DNA of 64,000 nt from the human T2T-CHM13v2.0 reference genome, Homo sapiens. Numbering within the stretch: the first letter of the stretch is position 1; each line of letters opens with the position of its first letter. The stretch lies in NCBI RefSeq assembly GCF_009914755.1, contig NC_060926.1; one strand, 5' to 3'. The notes under the pieces are model-generated. The model ran no database searches, was not told the origin of the DNA, and was given only the letters and a program-made list of their open reading frames with translations. This document shows positions 28,505 to 41,730 of this stretch, in pieces. Both the position numbers and the translations under genes were made by a program.

Positions 28505-30999
28505 CCATCCTCTCTTACCTGAGCAGGGCTTTGGCTCTCTGTGGGTCACTTGTATGTCATGGAAGGGCATTTCTTCAAACCCCTCCTCCTCTAAGCCTGG
28601 CTGAAGAGAACCAGCTCAGAATCATCACTGCCTATGGAAGGCCTGGCCCAGGCTGCAGACACCTTGGGAAGGGGTCTCTCTGGAGATGGCCGTGGGGTCC
28701 AGAGAGCAGCCCTTTCTGTGGGGCATTCACTGTTGGGGTCCAACCAGTTCTCTTCCAACTCGGTAGTGCCTCATTCTGAGCCTGAACATTGCCCCAGGGA
28801 AGCTGAGGGGAAGGGCTGGTGATGGTGCCCTGGGATTCTGCCTGAGGCCTCATCACTTCCATCTATGGGTAGTATCCGGGGCTGGGGAGCCCGAGCCAGG
28901 AGGGCTGACTAAACGTGGCTCGAGTGTCTGAGCGCTTGCCTGTGTCAGTGCAGCCCTTCGCGGTTCCAGAGCAGCCACTGCATGGAGGGGAGCCTCATCG
29001 ATGAGCTCACTGCATGCAAACAGTAGCTGGGCCAGGTCCTGCTGTCTGCATAGATGCCCTGCCCCCCATGTAACACAGTTGCCACCCGACTACTGTCAGA
29101 AGGATCAGGATTCTGAACTTAAGGAGTTCTGTCCTCGCCACTAGGAGGGACGGGGTCCTTCTGGCAAGGGTCCCATCAGGAAAGAGTTGGAGGCTCCATT
29201 CCACCAGCCTCCAGCATGGTCTAGTTCTCCCCCGAGGCTGAGGAAAAGTTTGGTTCCCTTCCCTTGTTTTCTTTCTGTGGCCTTTGCGGTGCCCTTGGAG
29301 GCAGTACCACCCAAGAAGGGGTTCTGCTTTTCAGTTTTGCTGACCCGGGAGCGTTGGGGTTGAGCTTTTTGTGTAAGTGACCGGGACAAACCTCTGATCC
29401 CTTTGCAACCCCATGGCCCTATAGAAGTGTCGCTGAAGCAGCGTCTGGTTTGACCATCTTCTCCCCATCCCTGCCATCCCAGGAAGCCACCTGACTCATC
29501 TCAAGGGCTGCTGTATGCCGTGGGGAGGGTATATGCGGTGCTCAGATAGTGCCAGCCAACGCCTGCTCATGCAGCCCCTCTGCATTCAAGGCTTTGCCAT
29601 GCGTCCCACTCCGGGTACCCCAGGCAGGCCAGGCTCTCTCTCTGGACCTGGCACCCCCCCTGTTCAAGAGAGGGAAGAGCAGGCCATTTCCAGCCCAACA
29701 CCCTGTGCCTGGGGCCAGCACTGCCCAGACTCAGAGTGGGGATGCAGTTGGTGTTTATGGGACTCACTCTTGCTCCCCATGCTGAAAGATGTCCACAGTT
29801 CCTTCAAGATTCGAGGAAGGCCCATGCAGGCCTGAGCTGATTTCTTGGCTTAAGATGGGGTCCCATAGCCCCCGGCCTCCTGCATAAGAAACATGTCTTA
29901 CTCTAGAGGCCTCAGCCTGTGCTTCTGCAGGAATGTAGCAGAGGGTGTTGGGGATAGGGTAGGGCTGGAGCTTGGCCACAGTCAGAGGGTCTCGGGTAGG
30001 GACATGGAGTCTGAGCCTGTGACGAGGAGAGCTACGGGACAGGTCAGGGCAAGGGCAGCGGGTGGCCGACTCTGGAGTGCCCCCCTCCTGGTCAGGGCCC
30101 TTCCTCCCATCCTGTCCTGGGATTAATGTCAAATGTCTTGTGCTTAATGGTTTAATGTCAAATGTCTTGTACTTAATGGTAATCCCATTGCTTAAGGTAA
30201 GATCTCCCTTTTGGGGACAGAAGAGCTGTTTTTCATATTCTTGATGCCTTGAGATCAGATGCAAAAGAAGGTATAGAATGCCATTGGGGTGACAAAGAGT
30301 GATGACGACAATAGCAATGACCCCTCCCCACCCCATTATGTCTCCTGCCATCCCCCACCCCCATTAGCAGAAAATGCAGCATCCTTGCACATGGCACCTG
30401 GCAGACAGGGCGGGTGGTGAGTGGCTGAGTGGAATCAGCAGTCCGGGCAGCCCTCACCAGCGGGTCCGTGAGCTTTGGAGGTGCTGAGGTTCCAGTCTTC
30501 TGTTTGATTGGAACTCCGTGTCCCAAAGTACTTTTCACGTGCCCACTCCCTGCGGAAGGGAAAAGAGGGTGGGTGTGATTTTCCACAGCTTGATTCGAAA
30601 GACTGAAACTCGATGAGTGACATTTCAGGCTGGCTGGGGATGTGGGTTCAGATCCCCCCATGACCCCTGTGTGTGAGGAGCCACCTTCACCTGCACTGCC
30701 CGCAGGGACTCCACTTCCAGGCTCTGCAGCTCTCAGTGCCCTCAGGGAACTGCAGGGAGCCGGCTCAGAAGGTGCACAGTGGCCTGGGGGCCAGTCATGT
30801 CTTTCACAGCCTTGTGCGCCTTGGACAAGTCTCCCTCCCTTCCCGGGCCTCAATTTCCCCTTCTTACCCAGTGGGCTGCCTAGTCCACATGGCCCCTAAG
30901 ATCCCACCCAGCTTCCTCTTCCTCTTGGGGCCACAGAGTCAGGAGTTGGAGGCAGCATGACCCCCAAGTTCCAGACCCTGGAGGGCAGCCGCTGCCCCT

Positions 31000-32060
31000 G
31001 GAAGGCATGCCGACGTCAGCTTCTCCCGGGAGGCGGAATTCATGCGGGCCCTAGTCTGAGAAAGGCACCCGCAGGGTGGACAGCATGCTGCCCGCCAGCA
31101 GTGTGGCTGGATCCCCGAGTCCAGCCAGCCTTTCCGTTAGCCAGCCAGCCAGCGAGCGCTCCTAAACCCTGGCCGCCGCCGGTTATAAATGATTCATGCA
31201 GCCCCGCCTCCCTCGGCGGCCACTTGATGTTCCCTGCGCTCCAGCCCGGCGGTCCACCGCCTCTCCTGCCGCTGGGCAGTGCCGCCGCTGGGCAGTGCCC
31301 TCCCCGCACCGCCGCCCCTCTGGGTGCTGCGTCCCTCCGCCCTCCCCGCACGCTGGGTAAGTTGAAGGAGGACGGCAGCTTTTCCGGAGACGCTCCCTGG
31401 AAAGGAGTGCTGATGAGGCCGCTCTTGTGTGTGAAGGCCTGGCCTGCAGCGCCCTTCTCCCACGTCCCTTCCCCTTGTCTGCTGCGCTCCAAGTTTGAAG
31501 CCAGCAAGCATAAGTAGGCGCCAAGGCAGGGAGGCTGTGCTGGGCCTCAGGCGGGGGGAGCTGGAGGGAAGGAGGGAGGGAGGATGGGGGAGGAAAGGAA
31601 GGAACTGGGTGGACACAGCTGGAGGGGAGGAGAGAGAGGGAATGTGGGGAGGCATGGAGGCACTGCCGAGAAAATGGAGCAAGAAAGTGAGGCGGCTCCT
31701 GCGTGGACCCAGGCGAGCGTGCCAGGGACTGGGGGCTCTGGAAGATTCACACTGTCAGCCGTAGGCGTTCTTTCCTGCCCCCCCAGCCTCCCGCAACGGA
31801 TGTACTCCGAGCCCTTCGAACTCTCGGGGTACCAGTGAGAACTCTGAACTGAGAGTTTCTTCTGAGATCCGGCAAAGCCGAGCTTCTGAGAGCTCAGTCT
31901 TCGCCACTTCAATTCCCCGCGGTTTGAGCTGCAAGGAGGACTCCAGACAAGAAGCTTTATTGTCTGCGAGTCCCAGCTCACGGTTACTTAGAAAAACATG
32001 TGTGTGTTAAAACAGCTTCCCGGGGGACCATGCTGTTTTCGCGTGAGGAATGAATTTGGG
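31000..32060 (+). promoter_or_regulatory. CpG-island-like candidate promoter with putative first exon
   Basis: Densest CpG cluster in the window; TATAAA at 31184-31189, TGATTCA, GC box CCCCGCC; donor TGG|GTAAGT with GT at 31357-31358; pyrimidine tract and AG acceptor at 31785-31786. Confidence 0.62.
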
Positions 32061-32810
32061 GAAAGTTAAGTATAGGAGAGAAGGAAACAAAATCATATCG
32101 AACAGGAATGTTCTGGAGGCTTGGCAAAATCTAGAAGACACTTTATTTCATCGTCTTTTTTCTTTGCAACATCTATCGAATCTTTCTTCTTTTGACTTTC
32201 TAAAGGGCTTTACCCAGCCCTGCCTTCTGGGCCCCAGAGGTCCTAAAAGTGGGAGGACTTTTTCCAGTGGGAGGTGATGCTGCCCCTAAGGCCTTGCAGG
32301 GAAGGAACAGGCAGGGGCAGCTGGCCCCCTCCCTCCTGGGGACACTTGCATTTTCCCTTTGCCATTCAGAAACAAAGTTAGGTAAGGAGGTGAGACCTTC
32401 CTGGGAGCTGCCTTTTGGGAAATGGTGATTGTGACCTCAAATCATGTCAGAGTGTGACTTGCTAGAAGAGAAATGGTCGAGGGAAGAGGGGGCGGGTGAC
32501 TGGAACCCTCAGGTAACAGGTAGGGATGCAGCAGCAGTGTCCTGGAAAGACCCTTCTGTGCATTTTGTGGGGAGACTTTCCAGGCCAAGGCAAGGAGAAC
32601 GTGTGGCATCTTCTGAGAGGGAAAGAGGAGCTCAAGGAAGAGGGGAAAGGTCATTGCCCTTGGACCTTGCAGGAAGCAAGGTGCAGGGGCGGGCACATCG
32701 TATTGGAGGTCATGAGATTTGGGATCCTCTCAGTGCACTGGGAAGGACATGACCAGGTGGTTGTGTGGGGACATGGCTCTAGCTGCTTTCTGGAGACAGG
32801 ACTGGGCCAA

Positions 32811-32870
32811 GAGTTCTCTATTCTGTTCCATTGGTCTATGTGCCTGTTTTTGTACCAATGCTTTTTTGGC
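32811..32870 (-). mobile_element. Isolated ~60-bp L1 ORF2 fragment
   Basis: Minus-strand translation HWYKNRHIDQWNRIE matches L1 ORF2p WYWYKNRHIDQWNRIE; flanks are non-L1, GC-rich. Confidence 0.85.
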
Positions 32871-33856
32871 AGGGAGGTCACAGAGGGAGACCATTTCTGG
32901 GCCTGGAATTCCTGAGAGTGGCCTGGCCCCAGTGGGGACAGGGAGGGGAGAGAAGCAACCTGGGGCACACTTCCCTAGCCAGTCCTATGTTTGTGAGACC
33001 TGGGAGGGCTGTGGTCAGGGGGCTGGGCCCTGGGGGCAACAGTGCCTTTGCATTTGAACACAAAGTGCCACTTGGTATAATGGGCACAGCTCAGTCTTGG
33101 CTGTTCTTGAGTTTTAAACAAATCATGATCCCCACCTTCCAAACAATTTAGTTTTTTTCCCCTAGCTAGCCCCATCACAAACTTTTGAAGCATGAAATGA
33201 ATTTTGCTGGCCCTCACCAATAGGATCCTTTCCCTAGATAATGGATTTTATGAAATGGCCATAATCCTCCTAGGTAATGAGCAAAAGCTACACTCTCCAC
33301 TTGGGTCCAGCATTCCTCTTCCTGATTTATGATAGATTGGTTAAAATAGTAAACTGATGGCAGTTGCAAAATAGTCATCAATCACCAGGCAGTGTCGCTT
33401 AAACTACAGAAAGGTTTCCAGAAGTGAGATGCTGGAAGCCAGAGAGAGAACAATTTGGCAATACCAAAGGCATAAAGCACCAATGAAATCAAATCTCTGT
33501 ATTTGTATTCTGAAGACAGAGGAGTAGAGTGGCTCAGGGTACTAAGGAAGGAAGGAAATGCAAGCAAACCCATTCCCCAAGGTCAAAGGACACCCCCTCC
33601 TGAGCTCCAGGCTGCAGGGGGCCCTGCAGGGGGACCTTCAGTCCAGGGAGTTCTTCAGGGGGACTGTCCAGAGGGCTCTGCAGGGTGCTGCAGAGCTCTC
33701 ACCAGTAGGTTTAGTGTTCTGTTTCTCTTTCTAGACAGTTTTGGAAAGTTTTCCAATTTCTAACATGTATAAATATGTTGGGCTAATATACAGTAATGGC
33801 TTTTAAAGCAAAGTTTTTCAAAAGTATAAGAGGATTGAAGTGCAAAGCTATCAAGG

Positions 33857-33998
33857 CCATGCCCAGGTCTCACCCGTGCTCCCTCACCCCCTTGCCCCTT
33901 CGTCCAGACACCTGGCCTGCCACACCCAGCCCAGGACAGAACTTTTCTTTCCTCCTGTACGCTGAGCTGTCAGACCATGAGTGTTCATCATGGGCTGA
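33857..33998 (+). repeat. Local dispersed duplication, copy 1 (partner 35189-35331)
   Basis: Colinear shared blocks: gcccagg, tcaccc(g/a)tgctccctc, gacacctggc, gccacacccag, ccaggacagaacttt, ctttcctcctgt, gagctgtcagacc, atcatgggctga. Confidence 0.92.
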
Positions 33999-35188
33999 GG
34001 TGATAGTTGATGCTGGAGAAACTAATGTTTTAGGGACCAAAACAAGGTCTGCAGCAGTGTTTCCATGGAACTGCCTTAGTCTGGATGAGTAACCTCATGG
34101 CTGTAGATTACTTGCATCATCAGTTCAGGAGAAAACATTCTCCTCCATTGGATGAATAGATGAATGAGTGGTGAGAAGCTGTAGAGATCTTGTGTGGTGT
34201 CAACGCCCTCATTTCACAGGGGAGGAAACTGAGTCCCGAGAGAGGGCAGCGACTTGGTTCAGGTCTCAGGGAATTGGTGAAAGAGATTGGAGTATGGCCT
34301 CAGCGGAGGTGTGACTGCCAGTGACACCTGCCGGAATGTGAACTTCACGGATAGCGCTGGCTCACACCTGTGTTGCTTAGTGTAGGCTGCTGAGCTGACC
34401 ACTTGCCCTTGATTATTTCAAGTGACCGCGCCATGTGCCACCTTCAGACCTGCTCCCAGATCGATCCCAGAGCCTAGGGTGGGACTGTGGTTGCTGTCAT
34501 CATAGGTGTGTGATTTTCCACAGGTCATATAACCCTCTTGAGCCTCATCTTCCTCTTCTGTGATATGAGAGACTCTTCCTGCAGAACCTGGCGTGTAATA
34601 CATGCAACCTGCATGCCCACCTTCAGTCCAGCAAGCAGCCATCAGGCACCAATTCTAGACCGAGTCCTGGGCCGCCACAGAAACTCAAAGTTAGATAGGA
34701 GCTGGGTGGGAAGGCAAGGAACACTCAGGATTTTGAACACAGCTGTCAACCCCTATTCCTTAATTGAGAAAGGCAAATCCTGGGACTTGAATAAGGAGAT
34801 TGGGAAGACTCATGGCTGCACTAGTGCATGAAATATTATGGTAAAAGCAGGAGAATAAGGCAGTCCTTTTCTTAGCCCTGTTCTTCTCCAGGCCAGAGCC
34901 TGGGCTTTAACACTGACTCAGGCAGCAGCCCCTGCAGAAGCTACCTGCAGCCAGGTTGGCCTGTGCTCCCAGAGCCCCTGCCATGGATGTCCATAGGAGC
35001 CTCTTTATCCCAAAGCCATGGCTTCCTTCTCAAAGATAGGGCTGTACTTCCCTGCTTTCCTGGTGCCCACACTGAGCTGTGCATGGTGGACGCTCCATGA
35101 GTGTTTACTCAGTGAGGATGCACGGGAGCTGGCTGATGTTGAGAAACGGAGATGAGACTTCAGGGCTGGAAAACACAGCTGCCTGAAC

Positions 35189-35331
35189 CCACGCCCAGGC
35201 GTCACCCATGCTCCCTCGTCCCCTCGCCACTCTGTCCTGACACCTGGCTGGCCACACCCAGACCAGGACAGAACTTTGCTTTCCTCCTGTGCACCGGAGC
35301 TGTCAGACCGTGGGTGCTAATCATGGGCTGA
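35189..35331 (+). repeat. Local dispersed duplication, copy 2 (partner 33857-33998)
   Basis: Same colinear blocks as 33857-33998, 1.33 kb downstream. Confidence 0.92.
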
Positions 35332-36935
35332 TCTGTGCTCTTACAGGTATGGCTTGCAAAGGACGTCTTTTGTTCCTGTTAGAGTAGCTAACCTCTAAAT
35401 CTATTTAATACCTCTTCCCTGGTTGTCCATCATTATGACACATGATTTTCCAAAGGATTTACTATTAGTTAGCAGCACAGGGCTTTCTCCCTGGGGTAGC
35501 AGCTACTTGCAGTGAAGAAAATGCATGTTCAATGTAGCAATTTGTCTTTTTTTATATATTTATTATAAGAGTAAATGAGTTATTGTTGGAGACTTCAATA
35601 TTATTGCAAATTAGGTGCTGCAAACAGAGCCGGGCCCATTTATTATGTTTCTCAACTCCCACAGCAAGCCTACCAGTTCAGAAATCAGCTGAGAGTTGTG
35701 GCCCTTCCCAGGGTGAGCATGGAGGGACCCCCGGGGTCTGGGCATGACAACCACGACGTCACATTGTGCCAGAGGCAAAAGAAACAGGAGCCACCTGTGC
35801 AGGCGGGTGAGGGGCCCTGGAAGGGAGCACAAAGTTTGTTGTGCCAGGTGGTCAGTGGCTGGTGGGCTGACAGCTGTGGTCAGAGAGCTGGAGGAGGTGG
35901 AGTGACCTCACGCTGTGACACTTGCTCCAAGCCCATAGCTGTGGTCATGGAGCAGAGGTGAGGTGGTAGATGTTTCCAGAGTGGCCCCTAAGCCATGAAC
36001 TCACTTTCAAGGTATTGGCAGTTTAGGCCACAGAGACTGGACCCGGGTTCTGATTTAGGGTGTGCCCCGTGACAGAGAGTGGTGGCTGGAATTAACCAGC
36101 TTACAGTGGGGTCCCCTGGAATGGTGCACTCCCCAGTGAGGAGTGGCTGCTGCCTAGTCCTGTCCTTTCGCCACCTGCCCAGACTAGGGGTGGACACAGG
36201 GGCTGCAGGATGCATAGAATGTTAGGGTCCTGCCTACCAGAGATGAAGGTCATACTGCAAAGTGGGCATGCTGGCTGTGTGTGGTCAACACCAAGAAGTG
36301 GGCAGGCTGAGGCCCTGGCATACAGCCCTGCTCCATGGCTGGAAGAGTCCACAGGGAAGGCCACCTAGCCCAGTGATCAGGAGCACAGGCTTCTGGTGAC
36401 AAGCCAGCCCAGATTGGAGTCCAGGTGTCGTCACCTGCTGGTTGTGTGATTGCGGACAAGATGCTCAACTTTGCTGTAACCTCAGTGTCTCTTCTGTAAA
36501 ATGGGGCTGATAATCCATAGGTATTATTGGCGTTAAATGAGCTCTTGTGCTTGAAACACTCAGCATAGTACTAGCCCATGGTAAGGGCTCAGATATGTCA
36601 CTTGTTCAATTACTATTCAGTAGGCTTCTCTGAACGTGACAGGCTAAACTCGAAACATTAATTAGTCACTTCATTTGATGGCAATAGTAATAAATGTGAG
36701 TGACAGACACGAAAGAGGCTACCCTCAGTGTACCACCCAGGGAGAGCCAGAGTTAAGATTTTGGAATATATGCTTGCAGTCTTCTGTGTTGTATATAGTG
36801 TGTGCACAATTATTCACACACACATACCTGCCTGCTTTTTACAAAATGGGATTATATTGTGCTTGCTACCTCGTAACCTTTCCACCTGAGAATGGATACT
36901 GTCATTACTGATGCCTTTCCGTTCAAGTTTTTCTG

Positions 36936-37430
36936 CAGTTGCAGTCTCAAACTTTTTGGTCTCAGGACCCCTTTATACCCTCAAAAATTATTGGTAGCTT
37001 CAAAGAGCTTTTGTTTTTGTAGTGTGTATTTATTGGTATTTACTGTTCTAGAAATTAAAACTGAGAAATTTAAAAGATATTTTAAACTTATTTAAACCTA
37101 ATAGTAATAGACCCATTTCATGTTAATGAAAACAACCAATTTTTATGGAAAATATTTCCCAGAACAACAACAAAAATGTGAAAGATGGCATTACTTTTCA
37201 ATTTGACAGACCTCTTTGCTGTCTGGCCTAGTGGAAGGATGCATTCTCCTAGCTTTTCCGCCTTGGGTCTGTTGCATAGCAGCCTCTGGACACCCACAGT
37301 GTCTATTCAAGAGAGAAGAAGAGTGAAAAACACAAATAATGTATTAGTATAGAGATAGTTTTGACTTTGCAGACCCCTTGAGGCAGTCTTGGGGAACCCC
37401 AGGGCTCTGCAGTCTACATTTTGGTCCGCT
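36936..37430. mobile_element. hAT-Charlie element (Charlie4a/MER80-like)
   Basis: 'tctcaaactttttggtctcaggacccctttatac...aaagagcttttgttt...tagaaattaaaactgagaaattt...tagttttgactttgcagacccc'. Confidence 0.7.
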
Positions 37431-39459
37431 TTTGAATGCCTACAGAATGTTTTTGACCTTCCCACCTGAGGCTGGGCTGGGAACATCCCTCCAGCAACCA
37501 CAGGCTCCCCGAGCCTCCTCATCTGACCGAACCTGTGTCCACAGAGCATCTGAGCTCTCCTCTCTATCATTGTGAAATGGACCGACATAAAATCTCTCTT
37601 GTTTGCAGAGTTCGTAACGACAGAGAACATTTCCATACCTTCTCACAATCATCTTTGTGGGGAGACAGCCAGGAGACTGCACCCTCTTGCCTAGAACACC
37701 CATGTTGTGGCCAGATCCCCATGTCGGGAACCTGCTCCAGGGATAATCTGCTGCCCCCAAGTCCTGGGGGTCTGGTTCCATGGGGTTTGCTCATCTTCTA
37801 GGACTTTGGTCACAGGGGAACAATCCAACTCCTGCCTCCTCCTCACCCCAGAGGCTCCCGGCTGCACACAGCTGGCCAGAGTGACGGTGTTCAACCGCCT
37901 GGTGCCTCCTTTTCAGAACCACCCCTCCCAGCCAACAGAGCCCGGTCTGTGCGGGCTCCGTGGGTCTGTGTGAGAGCCCCTGTTTGCCTTGGCTTTGGTC
38001 TGTCTTCTCAACTGGCTGGCCGGCCCTTTTCAAAAATCGGCTGGGTGTTATGAAACTTTATTTTCCAAAGAGAAAAATTTCTGGGCCTGTAGCAAGAGGG
38101 AAAAAAGTTATACTAATAATCAAAAGCACCAGTAGTCAAAGTAGGATGGTGAGGGTTTGGAGAAACACTGAAAGTTGTCACAAAACACTGCAGCTCACCC
38201 ATCAGCCGCAGCCCCCGTCTGTGCGCAGAGCCCTAGCCATGCTGGCTTCTCCCTGCGTCAGCATTTGGGGAAAGACGGATGTGCCTGGAAGCGGGCCTTG
38301 CTCCTGTCTGTGTAGACAGGCCGGCGTTGAATGTCTACGGGTGGCATCTATCATCCGTGACCTGTAGCATTTGTGCTTTTTGTTTATGGTCTCTCGGCAT
38401 GCATTGTTTTCTCGGGGCTGAAATATAGCACGCTAATGAGGTATCTCTCTGCTCAGGAGGACGCAGGCAGCTCAGAAAGACGCCTCGGCAGCATGCTGAC
38501 TAGTTTGTCAACAGCCACTCGCTGTGGCAGCTGCTGTCCCAGCCAAGAAGAAAAGAGTAGGAAATGCTAGGAGAAGCTGCAGCTGGGGGTGGAGGGTACT
38601 CGGTGCCTGGGAACCTCAGCTCAGTTGAGTGTCTGCCCTGCAGGTGACTTGATGTTTGGCCCTGGTGCCAGTCATTTCTAGGAGGTATACGACTTGGGGG
38701 TGTCAAGCAAACTAGGTTAGGGTCCTAGCTTCCCAGACACTTTCGGCCTGAAACACTCGGCTCCTGGAGCCTGTTTCCTAACCCATAAAACGGTGAGGTG
38801 ACCTCTGCCTTTGTGGGTGTCTGAGACTCGCCAGTGGCCTGTGTTCTGTGCTGGGTAAATGGCATCAGGGAGCCTGCTGGTGGTGCCTGTGCCTGGCATG
38901 GGGCTACTTTGTATGTGCAGGTGTTTTTCCTAAGCTGGGACCTGGGGACAGGCATGTGCCATGCATGTCAGCACTCAGTGTCTGAGCAGAGTTAGGCTGA
39001 CTCAGTGTCTGTTGTTGGCTCTGGGTGCTAACAGGCACAGTGTGGACAAAGGAGCCTGGAAAAGTGGACCACATCTAGAGGGAAGGCCCATAAAGTGACT
39101 TTGGGCTGGCCATCATAGCCTAGGGATTCAAGCTCTGGGAACGAGAGGGACCACAGTGCTGCTCACTTGGAGGAGGGTATATGGGGAAGGAGCAAAGTCC
39201 TTTCTCCGTGGGGAAATGGCCCTTGAGGCTAGGCAGAGAAGAGGACGGTCTTGGAAGGATTTGCAAGGAGAGTTACAGTAGACACAGCCTGTCCTGCAGA
39301 CCCCGCCCTGTGCCGAGTGCTAACGGCGGTGCTAACAGCTGCTGCTGTTTATGGAGCACTAGTTGCAGCCAGGCTTCTGCAGACAGTATTCCTCTTCTTC
39401 GCCTCAGGACACCCTTGCGTGTGTTATTACCTATAAATTCTGGGCGGTCAGGCACGATC

Positions 39460-40170
<711 letters not shown>

Positions 40171-41129
40171 CAAAATGGTGGCAGTGGGTCTCTCCGCTCA
40201 GCTGCTCCAGCAGCCACACTTCCCCCGGAAGCTCACTGATATTCTCCCAGCAGCGAAGATAAATGAGATCAAATCTCACCAGGAGGAAGATTTAAAAATC
40301 ACTTAATACAGTTTAAAATACTCACCGGAGAAATCAGACAAGTAGGGGATGGCAGAAGGTGGAGGAGGGGGACTTTTCTTGCAGGGGTTTGCAGCTGGCA
40401 GGGTTGGAGGAGGGACACAGGTGAGTCACATGCCCTCTGAGGAAGGCCTGGCTCCACTGGGGCTTTGTGTGCCAGCTCCCAGTGGGTCGGCAGGGAGGAG
40501 CAAGGTTCTGCTGGCTCTGCTGAGGCCGCCCATGTCAGGGTCAGGCACGTGGGGTCCGAGGCAGGTGGAGGCTCATTCTGAAAAGGCAGATGCACTTGCA
40601 GAATGATGTTTAGGATTTGGGCCCTGTTTGCACGGCCCTTTCCGTGTCCCTGTGCTTAACTGTAGGTTCCTTGTTTAATATTCTTTTACTTAAGACGTGC
40701 CCCCAACTGTGTAAGCTTCAGGCCCCATGGAACCTGGGCTGGTCCACTGCTCACTCAGTAGGCAGCAGTAAGTTGGAAGACAAGAGGCCTGAGAAGGCCT
40801 GGGAGGAGCGGGGCCTCGGCCTTGGGTCAGCCGGTGATGCATTTGCATGGGGCTTGGCCCAGCTCCTCAGCATGACCTTGGGGTGGCTTGCCTGGCCTCC
40901 CCTCCTCCTCCAGCAGGTCAGAGCCTGCCCCTGAGCACTGTCCCTGGAGCTCTTCCCAGCTTGCCTATCACACCACATCAGTCTGAACTCCCTGAGATCA
41001 GACTGTGGACCCAATGCACAGACCCTGGGTCACTTATTTGTTTCTCCAGGGCCTTGTGTGTAGATATTTGAGAAAGTTTTAAACTATTTTGATGTGGCTT
41101 CAAAATGGCCACGCATCCTTCAAAAAAAA

Positions 41130-41730
41130 TATGCAAATACAACATACATAACCGTAAAGTGCATGCATCTTAAGTGGAGGGCGTGGTGAATTTTTGTCGT
41201 TTGAACACATCCACGTAACCAGCACCCAGATCAAGAGACAGACCATGACCATGAGCCGAAGCCCCCCTGTGCCCACTCCCAGTCACTAGCCACCACTCCC
41301 CCATTTTGGGACAACCATACTTCTGACTTCTGAGAGCATAGCTTGGTTTTGCTTGCTTTTGTTCTTTATGTCAATGGAATTATGCAGTGTGTGCACTTTT
41401 CTATCTGGTTGCTTTCTTATGTTTAGGGGATTCATTCGTGTTATTACCTGTAGTCGTGGTTTGCTCTTCTTATTGTTGAATAATATTTTTTCCTGTTATT
41501 GTGGATATAGCACAATATACCAACGTTTTCTGATGTTGATGGGCATTTGGGTTGTTTCCAATTTGGGGCTATTCTGTGCTGCTTATGAACATCCTTGTAC
41601 GGTCTCGATGAATGTCTATGTGCATTTTTCCCAGGTATATACCTAGGAATGGAACTGCTGGGTTATAGGGGGCACATGTGGTCAGCTCTGATAAATACTG
41701 CCAGCTGTCCAAAGTGGTTGTACCAATTGC
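41130..41730 (-). mobile_element. L1M 3' fragment
   Basis: 'gtaaccagcacccagatcaaga', 'gatgggcatttgggttgtttccaatttggggcta', 'atatacctaggaatggaactgctgggttatagg'. Confidence 0.8.
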
